The notes under the pieces are model-generated. The model did not search any database, was not told the origin of the DNA, and saw only the letters and a program-made list of their open reading frames with translations. A program made the position numbers and the translations under genes. From the NCBI GenBank assembly GCA_042569905.1, contig JBHPHA010000001.1, forward strand, positions 8,515 to 72,514: 64,000 nt of DNA, written 5' to 3'. Of the stretch, positions 1 through 8,763 are shown in pieces (positions within the stretch are counted from its first letter, which is position 1; each line of letters begins with the position of its first letter). This DNA is from Patescibacteria group bacterium (lineage in GTDB: Bacteria; Patescibacteriota; Minisyncoccia; Moranbacterales; UBA9337).

Positions 1-131
1 TAATAGAGATATAATATCACTAAACCGCCTCCTTTGCAATGGTTTTTAACATTCATTTACTTTTTTAAAAAACCATTCTACAATGAATTATCAAATGTTG
101 CACCTTAAAAGTATATCAAAAGGAGCTTATT

Positions 132-548
132 ATGTTTATTCCAAACATAAATTTACCTTACTACTGCTATAAATGCGGCGAGCAATTAAACTCGGAGAAT
201 TATGAAATCTTTCCGTTTCAAAAATTTCATGTATGTCACAACTGCTACGGTATGTTCTTAGTTATATTTAACTTAGAACAAACAAGCGTAATCATTTCCT
301 GTATTCCTAAAAACAAACTCATTAAAATTCCAGGTAACTTAGAAAAGGATATTGTTTTTTGTCGCTATTGCGGAGAGCAGATGAAGTTCTTAAGAAAACA
401 TATTCGACGCGAAAATGACCATTTTTTTGGATGCTTTAATTGCGACTCAATAGTTATTAAATCCAAACACACAAAAAATGAAACAATGACCTACTCAATA
501 CCTATAAGACTAAAAAGGTTCTTAAGGCCATCCACTAAGAAAAGATAG
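132..548 (+). CDS. Cys-rich hypothetical protein with an internally duplicated zinc-ribbon unit
   Basis: Two repeats of C-[YR]-[KY]-C-G-E-Q-[LM]...F-x-C-x-N-C. AAGGAG SD lies 7 nt upstream of the ATG. Confidence 0.4.
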   Translation: MFIPNINLPYYCYKCGEQLNSENYEIFPFQKFHVCHNCYGMFLVIFNLEQTSVIISCIPKNKLIKIPGNLEKDIVFCRYCGEQMKFLRKHIRRENDHFFGCFNCDSIVIKSKHTKNETMTYSIPIRLKRFLRPSTKKR

Positions 549-634
549 TTAAACCCCTCTCAATCAAAAAAGATTGGAAGGGGTTTTAAAGTCCATCATC
601 ATACCAATTGACTTACAAACTACAAATCAATGAA

Positions 635-1015
635 TTATTCGCTCCAAAGTCCGTGAAGATTACAATATGCCCTTGCAATAACATCACCTTCAACCATAAA
701 TTCTGCATTTGGAGTATCTCCGGGTTTCAAATATTTCCTTAATATTTTTCCACCTCCAATAACCTCAATCCATTCGATATAATGATCCGCCTCCATTGGA
801 TGATTCACCTCACCAACCATCACCCTCACACCACCTTCAATTTTTTCAATTACTGGCACATGTTTCTCAGTCGCAGCATCCACCGTATTTTCACTTTGGA
901 GAATCATTGGTTTTTCACAACACACCAATTCTCCACCACCAACATGCACCACCTCGACAATATTTCCACAAACATTACATTTGTAAATTTCATTTAGATT
1001 TTTTACATTCGACAT
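635..1015 (-). CDS. dfx: desulfoferrodoxin (superoxide reductase, 2Fe-SOR)
   Basis: N-terminal desulforedoxin motif CNVCGN...CCEKPM. C-terminal neelaredoxin domain (HxxxxH, EWIEV..GG, AxxYCNxHGLW). 126 aa. Confidence 0.85.
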   Translation of the reverse strand: MSNVKNLNEIYKCNVCGNIVEVVHVGGGELVCCEKPMILQSENTVDAATEKHVPVIEKIEGGVRVMVGEVNHPMEADHYIEWIEVIGGGKILRKYLKPGDTPNAEFMVEGDVIARAYCNLHGLWSE

Positions 1016-1182
1016 AATTTTATATTTAGTAATTAATACATTATTTTAAATTCAATTCACCACCTCAATTTTTCCTCCCTATATCTACTTTCATTATAAC
1101 AGATTAAAATGAATTTTTTATGAAATAAAAAAACCAAGCAGATACGTGTACCTACTCGGGTGTATTTTAATCAATATATCCG

Positions 1183-2040
1183 CTATTTACTTTTTGAGGG
1201 AAGAAACATTACATTTTTCATCAGGTAGCCTAGTCCAATTGCAATACTTACAACTATTAACATGACTCTATAAAAATCATCCATTGAACCCTGATAAACA
1301 CCAGAAATATAAATATTCCCCATTAACCCAAAAGAGACTAGTGAAATAGGCACATTAGCAAGCCAACGAAATCGCCTTAAGAGCTCAATAGTATTGTAGC
1401 CATTTCTCATTACTAAAAATGCAAAGTAAGCTATTAACGTAAAGAACTGAATAACTATTGCACCTGGATAATCTGGCAACAACTCTGAAAAATAAATACC
1501 ACCAAAGCAAATAGCTACAAATCCTATCGCGTGATAATTTTTCAGTTTTTCGCTTGAAAAAATAAAAAATGACATACTCCCTACCAAAAGAAAGCCGAAC
1601 ACTATTACCGATAATGCAGACTCATCTACAATATATGATATCTCTTGACCTTCCCTAACAGAAGATAAGATACCTTCATTAAGCGAAACTACCTCAATAA
1701 ACACTTCCTCAGCTACATATGGAATCAGAAAATACTTCCATTCAGTATGTATATTGGAGTCAATTTCTCTGGGTAATACTTCCTTATCTGGATTATTAAA
1801 TAAGAATAATATTTCCGCATCACTTACTTGAATCTTATTAGGATTTTTAATTTCTCCAATATTTCTAGTTTTCACAATTTCGCCCATAGTGACTTCCTGA
1901 ACAATACAATTCCCATTCTCATCGCAAACCACATCCTGCGTCTTTGAAATTTGTTGCTCTGAAGGATTTGTAGCATATCCAAAAGCAAATCCCGCCAAAG
2001 TTAAAACCAACAAAATAACATAAGCAATTATTCTCTTCAT
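1183..2040 (-). CDS. membrane protein, function unknown
   Basis: N-terminal signal/TM and several C-terminal TM helices. Sits between dfx and rbr. Confidence 0.35.
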   Translation of the reverse strand: MKRIIAYVILLVLTLAGFAFGYATNPSEQQISKTQDVVCDENGNCIVQEVTMGEIVKTRNIGEIKNPNKIQVSDAEILFLFNNPDKEVLPREIDSNIHTEWKYFLIPYVAEEVFIEVVSLNEGILSSVREGQEISYIVDESALSVIVFGFLLVGSMSFFIFSSEKLKNYHAIGFVAICFGGIYFSELLPDYPGAIVIQFFTLIAYFAFLVMRNGYNTIELLRRFRWLANVPISLVSFGLMGNIYISGVYQGSMDDFYRVMLIVVSIAIGLGYLMKNVMFLPSKSK

Positions 2041-2187
2041 CCTTCTCCCTCCAACTGTTTTTTACAAATAGCCTCTCCTATCACTACATCAAAAGAACTT
2101 GGAATAAGCATATACTGTTTCAATGATTTTGTAAATAAAAAAACTCCCCGCACACAAAAACAAGGAGTTTTCTTACTTAACCTAATT

Positions 2188-2775
2188 TTAATATTCTTCA
2201 CATTTAACTTGATAATATGCCTTCACTTCATCACAAGCTGGACATTTCCCAGGAGCTCGCTCCCCTTCATACAAGTAACCACACTTTCTGCAAACCCAAT
2301 CTACTGGATTGCTCTTCTCAAAAATCTGATCACTATCTATTGATTTCATTATCTTTCTATAGCGCTCTTCATGATGAGCTTCAGCTTTTGCAATCGCCTT
2401 TAATCGAGCTGCGACTTTCCCTAAGCCTTCTTCATCAGCAATAGCTGCAAATTCTGGATACATTTGTTCAGACTCATAATTCTCACCAGTAGCTGCTGCT
2501 TCAAGATTTTCCATTGTTGTCCCCATCGCAGTAGGAGCACTAGCTTCCACCACAACCTCATCAAACTCCTCTCCACCCAACTCTTTTTTAACGTCGCTAA
2601 TCATCTTAAATAACCATCTTGCATGCTCCCTTTCTTGATCAGCAGTCTCCAAAAATACTGCCGAAATTTGCTCATACCCTTCCTCTTTTGCAATCTCTGC
2701 ATAGATAGTATACCTATTCCTCGCTTGAGATTCTCCAATAAACGCTTTTGTTAAATTTTCTAATGTCTTTTTCAT
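2188..2775 (-). CDS. rbr: rubrerythrin
   Basis: Ferritin-like diiron ExxH motifs. C-terminal rubredoxin-like CxxC...CxxC (WVCRKCG...CPAC). Confidence 0.85.
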   Translation of the reverse strand: MKKTLENLTKAFIGESQARNRYTIYAEIAKEEGYEQISAVFLETADQEREHARWLFKMISDVKKELGGEEFDEVVVEASAPTAMGTTMENLEAAATGENYESEQMYPEFAAIADEEGLGKVAARLKAIAKAEAHHEERYRKIMKSIDSDQIFEKSNPVDWVCRKCGYLYEGERAPGKCPACDEVKAYYQVKCEEY

Positions 2776-2826
2776 GATATTATAAACTACAATTTAATTA
2801 CAAATATACAAATTTCTTCTTCCTAC

Positions 2827-3204
2827 CTATTCCTTCGAGCATTTCTCACACACTCCATAGAAATAAACTCGATAATCTCTCACACTTCCAATGTCCTTGC
2901 AATGATCAGAAACATTTTTCATCCTGAACTCAGACTCGAAAAGATCAAAAGCCTTCCCGCATTTGTCGCAAATAAAATGCTGATGATCACTAACATCCCC
3001 ATCAAATCTCCTTACATCCCCATCGATTTCAAGCACCAAGCCTTGTTCACAAAAACTTTCCAAATTACGATACACTGTCGCAAGCCCAATACTTGGAAGA
3101 TTTTCGCAAACACCTTCAAAAATCTCCTCCGCTGTTGGATGAGTTTTCACGCTCCTTAGATATTCCAAAATTATTCTTTTTTGATTAGTGTTTCTTGATT
3201 TCAT
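2827..3204 (-). CDS. Fur family transcriptional regulator (PerR-like)
   Basis: Fur fold: winged-helix N-terminus, HHxxFxCxxCG and CxxC C-terminal metal sites. Adjacent to rbr and dfx. Confidence 0.7.
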   Translation of the reverse strand: MKSRNTNQKRIILEYLRSVKTHPTAEEIFEGVCENLPSIGLATVYRNLESFCEQGLVLEIDGDVRRFDGDVSDHQHFICDKCGKAFDLFESEFRMKNVSDHCKDIGSVRDYRVYFYGVCEKCSKE

Positions 3205-3342
3205 AAATTTTCTTATTGATAATCATTCTTATTTAGATTATATACTGTTTTGAAAATTTTGCAAATTAAACCCTTGCCAATTCCCTATTTTTAAGTAATA
3301 CTAGTTTAGATAAGCAAGGTTCTAAATATATAATTAAATTTT

Positions 3343-4506
3343 ATGATAATAATTTGCCATTACAATGAAATAGCTATTAAGGGTAAGAATAGAGGCTATT
3401 TTGAAAAGGTCTTAGTTCAGAATATAAAGAATAGATTTCAAAAAGAATCTCCTGATAATCTGGAGTGGGTCAAAAAAATCTCAGGAAGAATTCTAATCAA
3501 AACTTCAGACAATAAAGAGTCTTTGATTGTGGCTGAAAAAATATTATCCTGCACACCAGGTATTGCTAATTTTTCATTTGCAAAAGAATCTAGTCAGGAT
3601 TTGGAAATACTTAAAAAAGATTGCTGGGAAATGATGGAAAAAGAAACCTTTGAAACTTTCCGGATTACAACTAAACGATCAAATAAAGAATTTCCAATGA
3701 CTAGCGAGGAGATTAATCGAGAAGTTGGGGCCTATGTATTCGAGAAGGCAAATAAACCCGCAAAAATGAAAGGGGCTGACTTGGAATGCTTCATTGAAAT
3801 TGCTAACGATTGGGCATTGATCTATACTCAGAAAATAAAAGGACTTGGAGGGCTTCCAGTTGGCTCTAGCGGAAAAGCACTTACAATGCTTTCAGGTGGA
3901 ATTGATTCCCCTGTGGCTGCGTACTATGGAGTTAAGAGGGGGGTTAAGATGGACTTTGTTCACTTCCATTCTGTTCCCTACACTAGCCCTGCTTCAAATG
4001 AGAAAGTTAGGGAACTTGCTGCATTACTACTTCAATTCCAAGCAAATGCAAAAATATTCATGGTTCCCTTTGCAAAAATTCAACAAGAAATTGTCATGAA
4101 TACTCCAGAAAAACTTCGTGTAGTACTTTACCGAAGAATGATGCTGAGAATTGCTGAAAGATTAGCTGAAGACAACAAATATCTTGCATTATATTCAGGA
4201 GAATCAGTTGGACAAGTTGCATCACAAACATTAGAAAATATTAAAGCAACAGAGGAGTCTGTTACTATCCCAGTACTGCGACCGCTCATCGGATTCAATA
4301 AAGATGAAATCATTGAGATTGCTCAAAAGATTGGAACATTTGAAACATCAATTCTTCCCCATGAAGATTGCTGCACGAGATTCATTCCAAAACACCCTGA
4401 GACAAAATCAAAACTTGAAGATGTCAAAAAGGCTGAAGAAAATTTAGATATTGAAAAAATGATTGAATCAGCTCTAGAAGAAATGGATATTGAGAAAATA
4501 AAATAA
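3343..4506 (+). CDS. thiI: tRNA 4-thiouridine synthase ThiI (THUMP + PP-loop ATPase)
   Basis: PP-loop SGGIDSPVA motif and an N-terminal THUMP-like region. 387 aa. Confidence 0.8.
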   Translation: MIIICHYNEIAIKGKNRGYFEKVLVQNIKNRFQKESPDNLEWVKKISGRILIKTSDNKESLIVAEKILSCTPGIANFSFAKESSQDLEILKKDCWEMMEKETFETFRITTKRSNKEFPMTSEEINREVGAYVFEKANKPAKMKGADLECFIEIANDWALIYTQKIKGLGGLPVGSSGKALTMLSGGIDSPVAAYYGVKRGVKMDFVHFHSVPYTSPASNEKVRELAALLLQFQANAKIFMVPFAKIQQEIVMNTPEKLRVVLYRRMMLRIAERLAEDNKYLALYSGESVGQVASQTLENIKATEESVTIPVLRPLIGFNKDEIIEIAQKIGTFETSILPHEDCCTRFIPKHPETKSKLEDVKKAEENLDIEKMIESALEEMDIEKIK

Positions 4507-4519
4507 TTAGGCAAAATAA

Positions 4520-4558
4520 AAAGACGTATGAATGTTTCAAACATACGTCTTTTTTTAT
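4520..4558. terminator. Rho-independent terminator, bidirectional
   Basis: Hairpin agacgtatg...catacgtct followed by a T7 run. An A-run precedes it, so it can also serve the convergent minus-strand gene. Confidence 0.6.
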
Positions 4559-4574
4559 TCCCCATCAAAGTCCG

Positions 4575-5138
4575 TTAAGCTGCTGCGGAATCTTCTCGAT
4601 CAACAAGCCTAATATCCCCCACAATATAACACATCAGTGCTATTGCAGCAGTTGCAGTAGCGCTCATAAGAATAAGTGAGGCAATCATTTCGCTTATACC
4701 GTAAGTTAAATTAAAATAAACCGCCATCACGCCAATGAAATACAAAACCATCTTAAGCTTACCAAACTCATTCACTTTCATTCGAAGAAAGAAAAGAGTA
4801 AGTACAGTAAGTATTTCAATTGTCAAAATCAATCCTAATAGGATTGGATTAACCAATCCATTCACGTAGAAAAAAATTATGAATGAAAATGTAACTATCT
4901 TGTCCATAAGAGGATCAAGATATTTTCCAATTCCATCCGTGTTTCCAATCCATCTTGCCACTAATCCATCGACAATATCCGTTGGCAACAACAATAGTGC
5001 CCACAAAAATCTCTGTTCAATCGGCCAATCCCCCATCCAGAAAAATACTCCGGGGAAAAGCAGGATAAATGGAACAGCAACTCTTGTTAGAGTTATGATA
5101 TTTGCCGCATTCCAAATCAACCAATTCTTTTTCTTCAT
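4575..5138 (-). CDS. CDP-alcohol phosphatidyltransferase family protein
   Basis: Signature D-x2-D-G-x2-A-R...G-x3-D-x3-D (DIVDGLVARWIGNTDGIGKYLDPLMDK). Multi-TM. Confidence 0.6.
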   Translation of the reverse strand: MKKKNWLIWNAANIITLTRVAVPFILLFPGVFFWMGDWPIEQRFLWALLLLPTDIVDGLVARWIGNTDGIGKYLDPLMDKIVTFSFIIFFYVNGLVNPILLGLILTIEILTVLTLFFLRMKVNEFGKLKMVLYFIGVMAVYFNLTYGISEMIASLILMSATATAAIALMCYIVGDIRLVDREDSAAA

Positions 5139-5231
5139 AGCTTATCTCCTTGTTTTTATTAGTTATATATCCCTTTTTTAAAACAACTACATTGACTACT
5201 CATTATACACAAAACACAGGATTAGTCAATA

Positions 5232-5270
5232 AAAAAACGGACTTCTATTCAGAAATCCGTTTTAATTTTT
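5232..5270 (-). terminator. Rho-independent terminator
   Basis: Hairpin aaaacggacttc/gaaatccgtttt with a T-run on the minus strand, downstream of the 5285..5644 gene. Confidence 0.5.
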
Positions 5271-5284
5271 ATTGGCTTTTAAAA

Positions 5285-5644
5285 TTACGCTATTTGATGA
5301 TTGAATAAACTCCCCCTAAAATCAACAAAAACGCAATTAAGCGCCACACTCACTGAATGCACCACAAACGCCATGAGAATAAGATGTAGCTCGGGAATCA
5401 CTCCTATCAAACAGCTAGTTGATACAATAACGCTCAGAAAAGATCCGTACAAAAATACCTTATTCATACTAATACTCTTTCTTGCACTAATCATTATCAA
5501 CGTATTGAGCATAACACACAACCCCATAACTACCACCAAATTGGCCGCTACCCATGGGCCAAATTCACGAAATACATCAAACAAAAACACACTAGTCATA
5601 GCCACGACAAACACTTGAAATCCGACTTTCCTACGATCAACCAT
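5285..5644 (-). CDS. small multi-TM membrane protein, unknown function
   Basis: Hydrophobic throughout. 119 aa. Confidence 0.3.
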   Translation of the reverse strand: MVDRRKVGFQVFVVAMTSVFLFDVFREFGPWVAANLVVVMGLCVMLNTLIMISARKSISMNKVFLYGSFLSVIVSTSCLIGVIPELHLILMAFVVHSVSVALNCVFVDFRGSLFNHQIA

Positions 5645-5769
5645 TTCTGATTCTCCTTATTGAGTTTAAAGCAAATGAACCATCTAAAACGTACTATACA
5701 TAACCAACTCTGTCAAGTCGTTTGCTTTTTTAGAATTCCCTTCGAATCCCTAGTTATTTTCTCAAAACA

Positions 5770-5836
5770 AAAAACACTTCCAGTAAAGAAAGCGCTTTTG
5801 TTTATCTTGTCGGAACACAGGGATTCCTCTTCGCTC
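5770..5836. repeat. direct repeat copy C: tRNA 3'-end fragment plus 3' flank
   Basis: About 85% identical to 5920..5986 (acaaaaaacac.t..agtaaa...gcttttgtttatcttgtcgga.cacagggattc). Confidence 0.6.
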
Positions 5837-5919
5837 CGACTCAGAGCCTGGGCGCTACACACAGAATACTCGCACTTGCTCGCATCCTACTCACGTCCTT
5901 CGAATCCCTGATTTTAAAA

Positions 5920-5986
5920 AAACAAAAAACACCTTAGTAAAAAGATGCTTTTGTTTATCTTGTCGGAGCACAGGGATTCGAACCCT
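5920..5986. repeat. direct repeat copy A, overlapping the 3' end of tRNA-Pro
   Basis: See 5770..5836. Includes the tRNA acceptor 3' strand and the T-arm 3' half. Confidence 0.6.
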
Positions 5987-6034
5987 GTCTACATGTACCC
6001 AAAACATGCGTGCTAGCCGTTGACACCATGCTCC
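5962..6034 (-). tRNA. tRNA-Pro (anticodon TGG)
   Basis: Hand-folded: acceptor CGGAGCA/TGCTCCG, anticodon stem CATGT/ACATG, loop TTTGGGT, T-arm CAGGG-TTCGAAT-CCCTG. 73 nt. CCA not encoded. Confidence 0.8.
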
Positions 6035-6282
6035 GTTATTATTTTATATTAACCGCTATCCATCTTCTACCTTTCCCGGTTTTTAATTCTTTTTCAAATT
6101 GCATTGCTTTAGCTCTGGTACTAAATTCCTTTCCATATACCAATCTCCACGGACCCTTTCCTTTTGTATATTTCGATATTCCGTTATTGTGCTGAAATAA
6201 TCGTCGCTCAATGTTATTTGTTTGACCAACATAAGTTTTGTCTTTTTCGTTTTTTAAATATAAACAAAAAACATAATCTTAT

Positions 6283-6345
6283 CAGGGATTCGAACCCTGT
6301 CTATTCGCCCAAGGCGAACGTGCTAGCCGTTGACACCATGCTCCG
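6283..6345 (-). pseudogene. truncated tRNA-like copy (pseudo-tRNA)
   Basis: The 5' 27 nt and the T-arm are identical to tRNA-Pro. The anticodon arm is 2 nt shorter (TTCG-CCTTGGG-CGAA, possible TTG anticodon with C33). The 3' acceptor strand is absent. Confidence 0.45.
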
Positions 6346-6474
6346 TATTCATTTATCAGTAACTAACAAGTATAATACTCCCTAAAATTAATTCTGTCAA
6401 TAACAGTTGTAAATAAAAAATTACCTTAACACACTAAGGCAATTTTCAATACTAAAAACAGCTTGTCCTATTCC

Positions 6475-7389
6475 CTAAAAATTCATATTTTTTCGATCTT
6501 TTTCAATTTCCTGATCTATTGTTCTCATTGCATTTATTGCTTCAGATGGCAAAACACCACCTTGCTGAGAATTTATTAATACACCTCCAATACTCTTACC
6601 TAAGCCATAAGTTTTAATATAATTAACGACATTTGGAGATAGTTTACTTCCATACTTAGATAATGCTATATTGGCATCTAAACTACTATTAAGTGACATT
6701 GCGATCATCTTATTTACATTCTCCAATGACATTCCTACACCACCTTCAGCACCTTTTTGCGCCATCTCACTCTCCGAAGGCATTGCATATTTTGACTGCC
6801 CCATCTGCGACATAGAAGAAGACAATGCGTCTCTCAATGCATCTTCCGCTTTATTCCCGGCTTCTGCACTACTAACACCACCCGTAATTGCAGGACCCAC
6901 AATCATCAATAATGATGCCGCCACAACTATTCTTTTTTGACCTTGAAATAAATTTAAAATCTTTCCACCTAATTCTTTTACTACCTCACTCAGCACACCA
7001 GGATCAATCTTAATATTCTCAATATCCATACCTAATTTTTCAATCTCCTCATCGGGAAGACCTTCCAGTTCACTTATAATATTCATTCTTGCCTCCTCAA
7101 TATCAATGCTCTCATATATCTCCATAATCTCACCATCTCCAACACCAAGAAGTCCCTCTAATCTATCTATATCCTTCTCAATCTGAGAAATTTTTTCCAT
7201 AGACTCACCAAAAACCTTTTCATCCTCAACTTCCTTAGCACGCTCAGCTCGCATACTTTCAGCCTCGAGATCCAGAGATTCCTTCTTAATCTCCTCTACT
7301 TTTTCACTATCCACAGAATCTTCCTGCTTTTTTTCAACTGGTGGTTGTTTAAAGAATTCAAACATATTATTAGAAATGATTTTATTCAA
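6475..7389 (-). CDS. acidic coiled-coil protein with one TM segment, unknown function
   Basis: Very E/D-rich N-terminal half, one hydrophobic helix, Ser/Gly-rich C-terminus. Confidence 0.3.
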   Translation of the reverse strand: MNKIISNNMFEFFKQPPVEKKQEDSVDSEKVEEIKKESLDLEAESMRAERAKEVEDEKVFGESMEKISQIEKDIDRLEGLLGVGDGEIMEIYESIDIEEARMNIISELEGLPDEEIEKLGMDIENIKIDPGVLSEVVKELGGKILNLFQGQKRIVVAASLLMIVGPAITGGVSSAEAGNKAEDALRDALSSSMSQMGQSKYAMPSESEMAQKGAEGGVGMSLENVNKMIAMSLNSSLDANIALSKYGSKLSPNVVNYIKTYGLGKSIGGVLINSQQGGVLPSEAINAMRTIDQEIEKDRKNMNF

Positions 7390-7453
7390 CTATTACATAG
7401 GCATTATACCACAAAAAAGCTATCTCTACTTGAGATAGCTTTTTTACAATAAT

Positions 7454-7927
7454 TTATTTTTTCAAATTTTCTGCCACTCTTCTCAATTCTTCTTCATCAG
7501 CCTTAGGCCCGTCATTAGATGAAATGTAACCCTCATATTTCTCATAGAAGTCATCCTTATTACTCGCAACAGGCCTCCATTCTCCTCTCTTCATATATTC
7601 AGTCCCATGCATCGGAATAAGCTTAATGTGAGCATGATCAATTCCTGTTCCCTCCATCACTAGTCCTACTCTTCCAACATCATCAAAATGACTCAATAGA
7701 ATATTAGAAACTTTTTTCGCAGCCAAAACAAATTCACTCAAGTCATCCTCAGTCATTGCCAAAACATCACTATCATAATGTTTTTTCGGAATCACAACAG
7801 TGAACCCATTCACGCTTGGAAAAGTAGACAGAAAAGCCATAAATTTTTCATCCTCCCAAAAAATTCCAGGAGTCTCAATCTTCCCATTTATAATCCCACA
7901 AAAAATACATCCTTCTTTATTATCCAT
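7454..7927 (-). CDS. HIT family hydrolase
   Basis: Histidine triad DHAHIKLIPMH. Approximately 157 aa. Confidence 0.75.
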   Translation of the reverse strand: MDNKEGCIFCGIINGKIETPGIFWEDEKFMAFLSTFPSVNGFTVVIPKKHYDSDVLAMTEDDLSEFVLAAKKVSNILLSHFDDVGRVGLVMEGTGIDHAHIKLIPMHGTEYMKRGEWRPVASNKDDFYEKYEGYISSNDGPKADEEELRRVAENLKK

Positions 7928-7963
7928 AATTTTATTTTTATTGATTAGTAATTCTCCTGATTA

Positions 7964-8686
7964 TTATTTCTTTCCAATCAAGACAACATTCCGCCCATCA
8001 ACCACTTCACATTTCTCAATCTTAAATCCAGCTTTTGAAAAAAGATTTCTCAAGTCTCCAACAGTAAATGCATGATGGAAACGATTAAACTTCTTTCCTT
8101 CATTATCAGTAAAACTAATATAACAATCATTCCAATCCAAATCACTTTTTCCAATCATTTTCCTAAACCAATTTTTATATATCTCTTTTTTATACCTTGG
8201 TTGCCACAAATTCCATGCTGTCACAACAATTCGTCCTCCCGACTTCACAGACCTAAACAACTCCCTTGCCAACTTTAATCTAAATTCACCACTAGGGATA
8301 TGATGGAACACTGCTATAGAATAGACGCTATTGAAATATTCGTCAGAAAATGGTAGAATTTCTTGACTAGGGTCTAGTTTCACAAACTCTCTGTTTTCAT
8401 ATTTCCTCCTAGCAAACTCAATTAAATTTCCCGAAATATCCGCTCCGATATATTCAATTTCCTTATCCAGAAAAAGCTCCAAGAGTCTCCCATTTCCACA
8501 ACCGTAATCCAATACATTATCTCCGTCTTTGACATAATCCTTAATAGACTCTAATTCACCCCAAAATCTATTTCGAGTCTGTGAGAATTTTTCCGAGATC
8601 AAATCATAGCCCACTTCTGTTTCAGATAATATTTTTTTAACTAAAGGTTTTTTCATAATAAATAATAATTCAATAATTTCACACAA
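7964..8686 (-). CDS. class I SAM-dependent methyltransferase
   Basis: Motif I VLDYGCGNGRL. Confidence 0.7.
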   Translation of the reverse strand: MCEIIELLFIMKKPLVKKILSETEVGYDLISEKFSQTRNRFWGELESIKDYVKDGDNVLDYGCGNGRLLELFLDKEIEYIGADISGNLIEFARRKYENREFVKLDPSQEILPFSDEYFNSVYSIAVFHHIPSGEFRLKLARELFRSVKSGGRIVVTAWNLWQPRYKKEIYKNWFRKMIGKSDLDWNDCYISFTDNEGKKFNRFHHAFTVGDLRNLFSKAGFKIEKCEVVDGRNVVLIGKK

Positions 8687-8763
8687 AGAAACTTTAATAC
8701 CATTTCAATAAAAAATCAAGTAAGCTCTAAATAGAAATGCTACCTATTTTTTAATTATATTAC

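Noticed and set aside
782-1017. Plus-strand His-rich ORFs (71 and 73 aa) antisense to desulfoferrodoxin
   Set aside because: They are shadow ORFs of a well-supported conserved gene. The His/Pro richness is an artefact of antisense translation.
6283-6345. Second functional tRNA (possible tRNA-Gln, TTG)
   Set aside because: There is no sequence complementary to the 5' acceptor strand after the T-arm. The anticodon loop has C33 and the stem is shortened. Treated as a truncated duplicate of tRNA-Pro.
5760-6350. Possible CRISPR array suggested by repeated ~25-65 nt sequences
   Set aside because: The repeats are tRNA-derived (T-arm and acceptor fragments plus flank), irregularly spaced and in mixed orientation. 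There is no regular repeat-spacer periodicity anywhere in the window.
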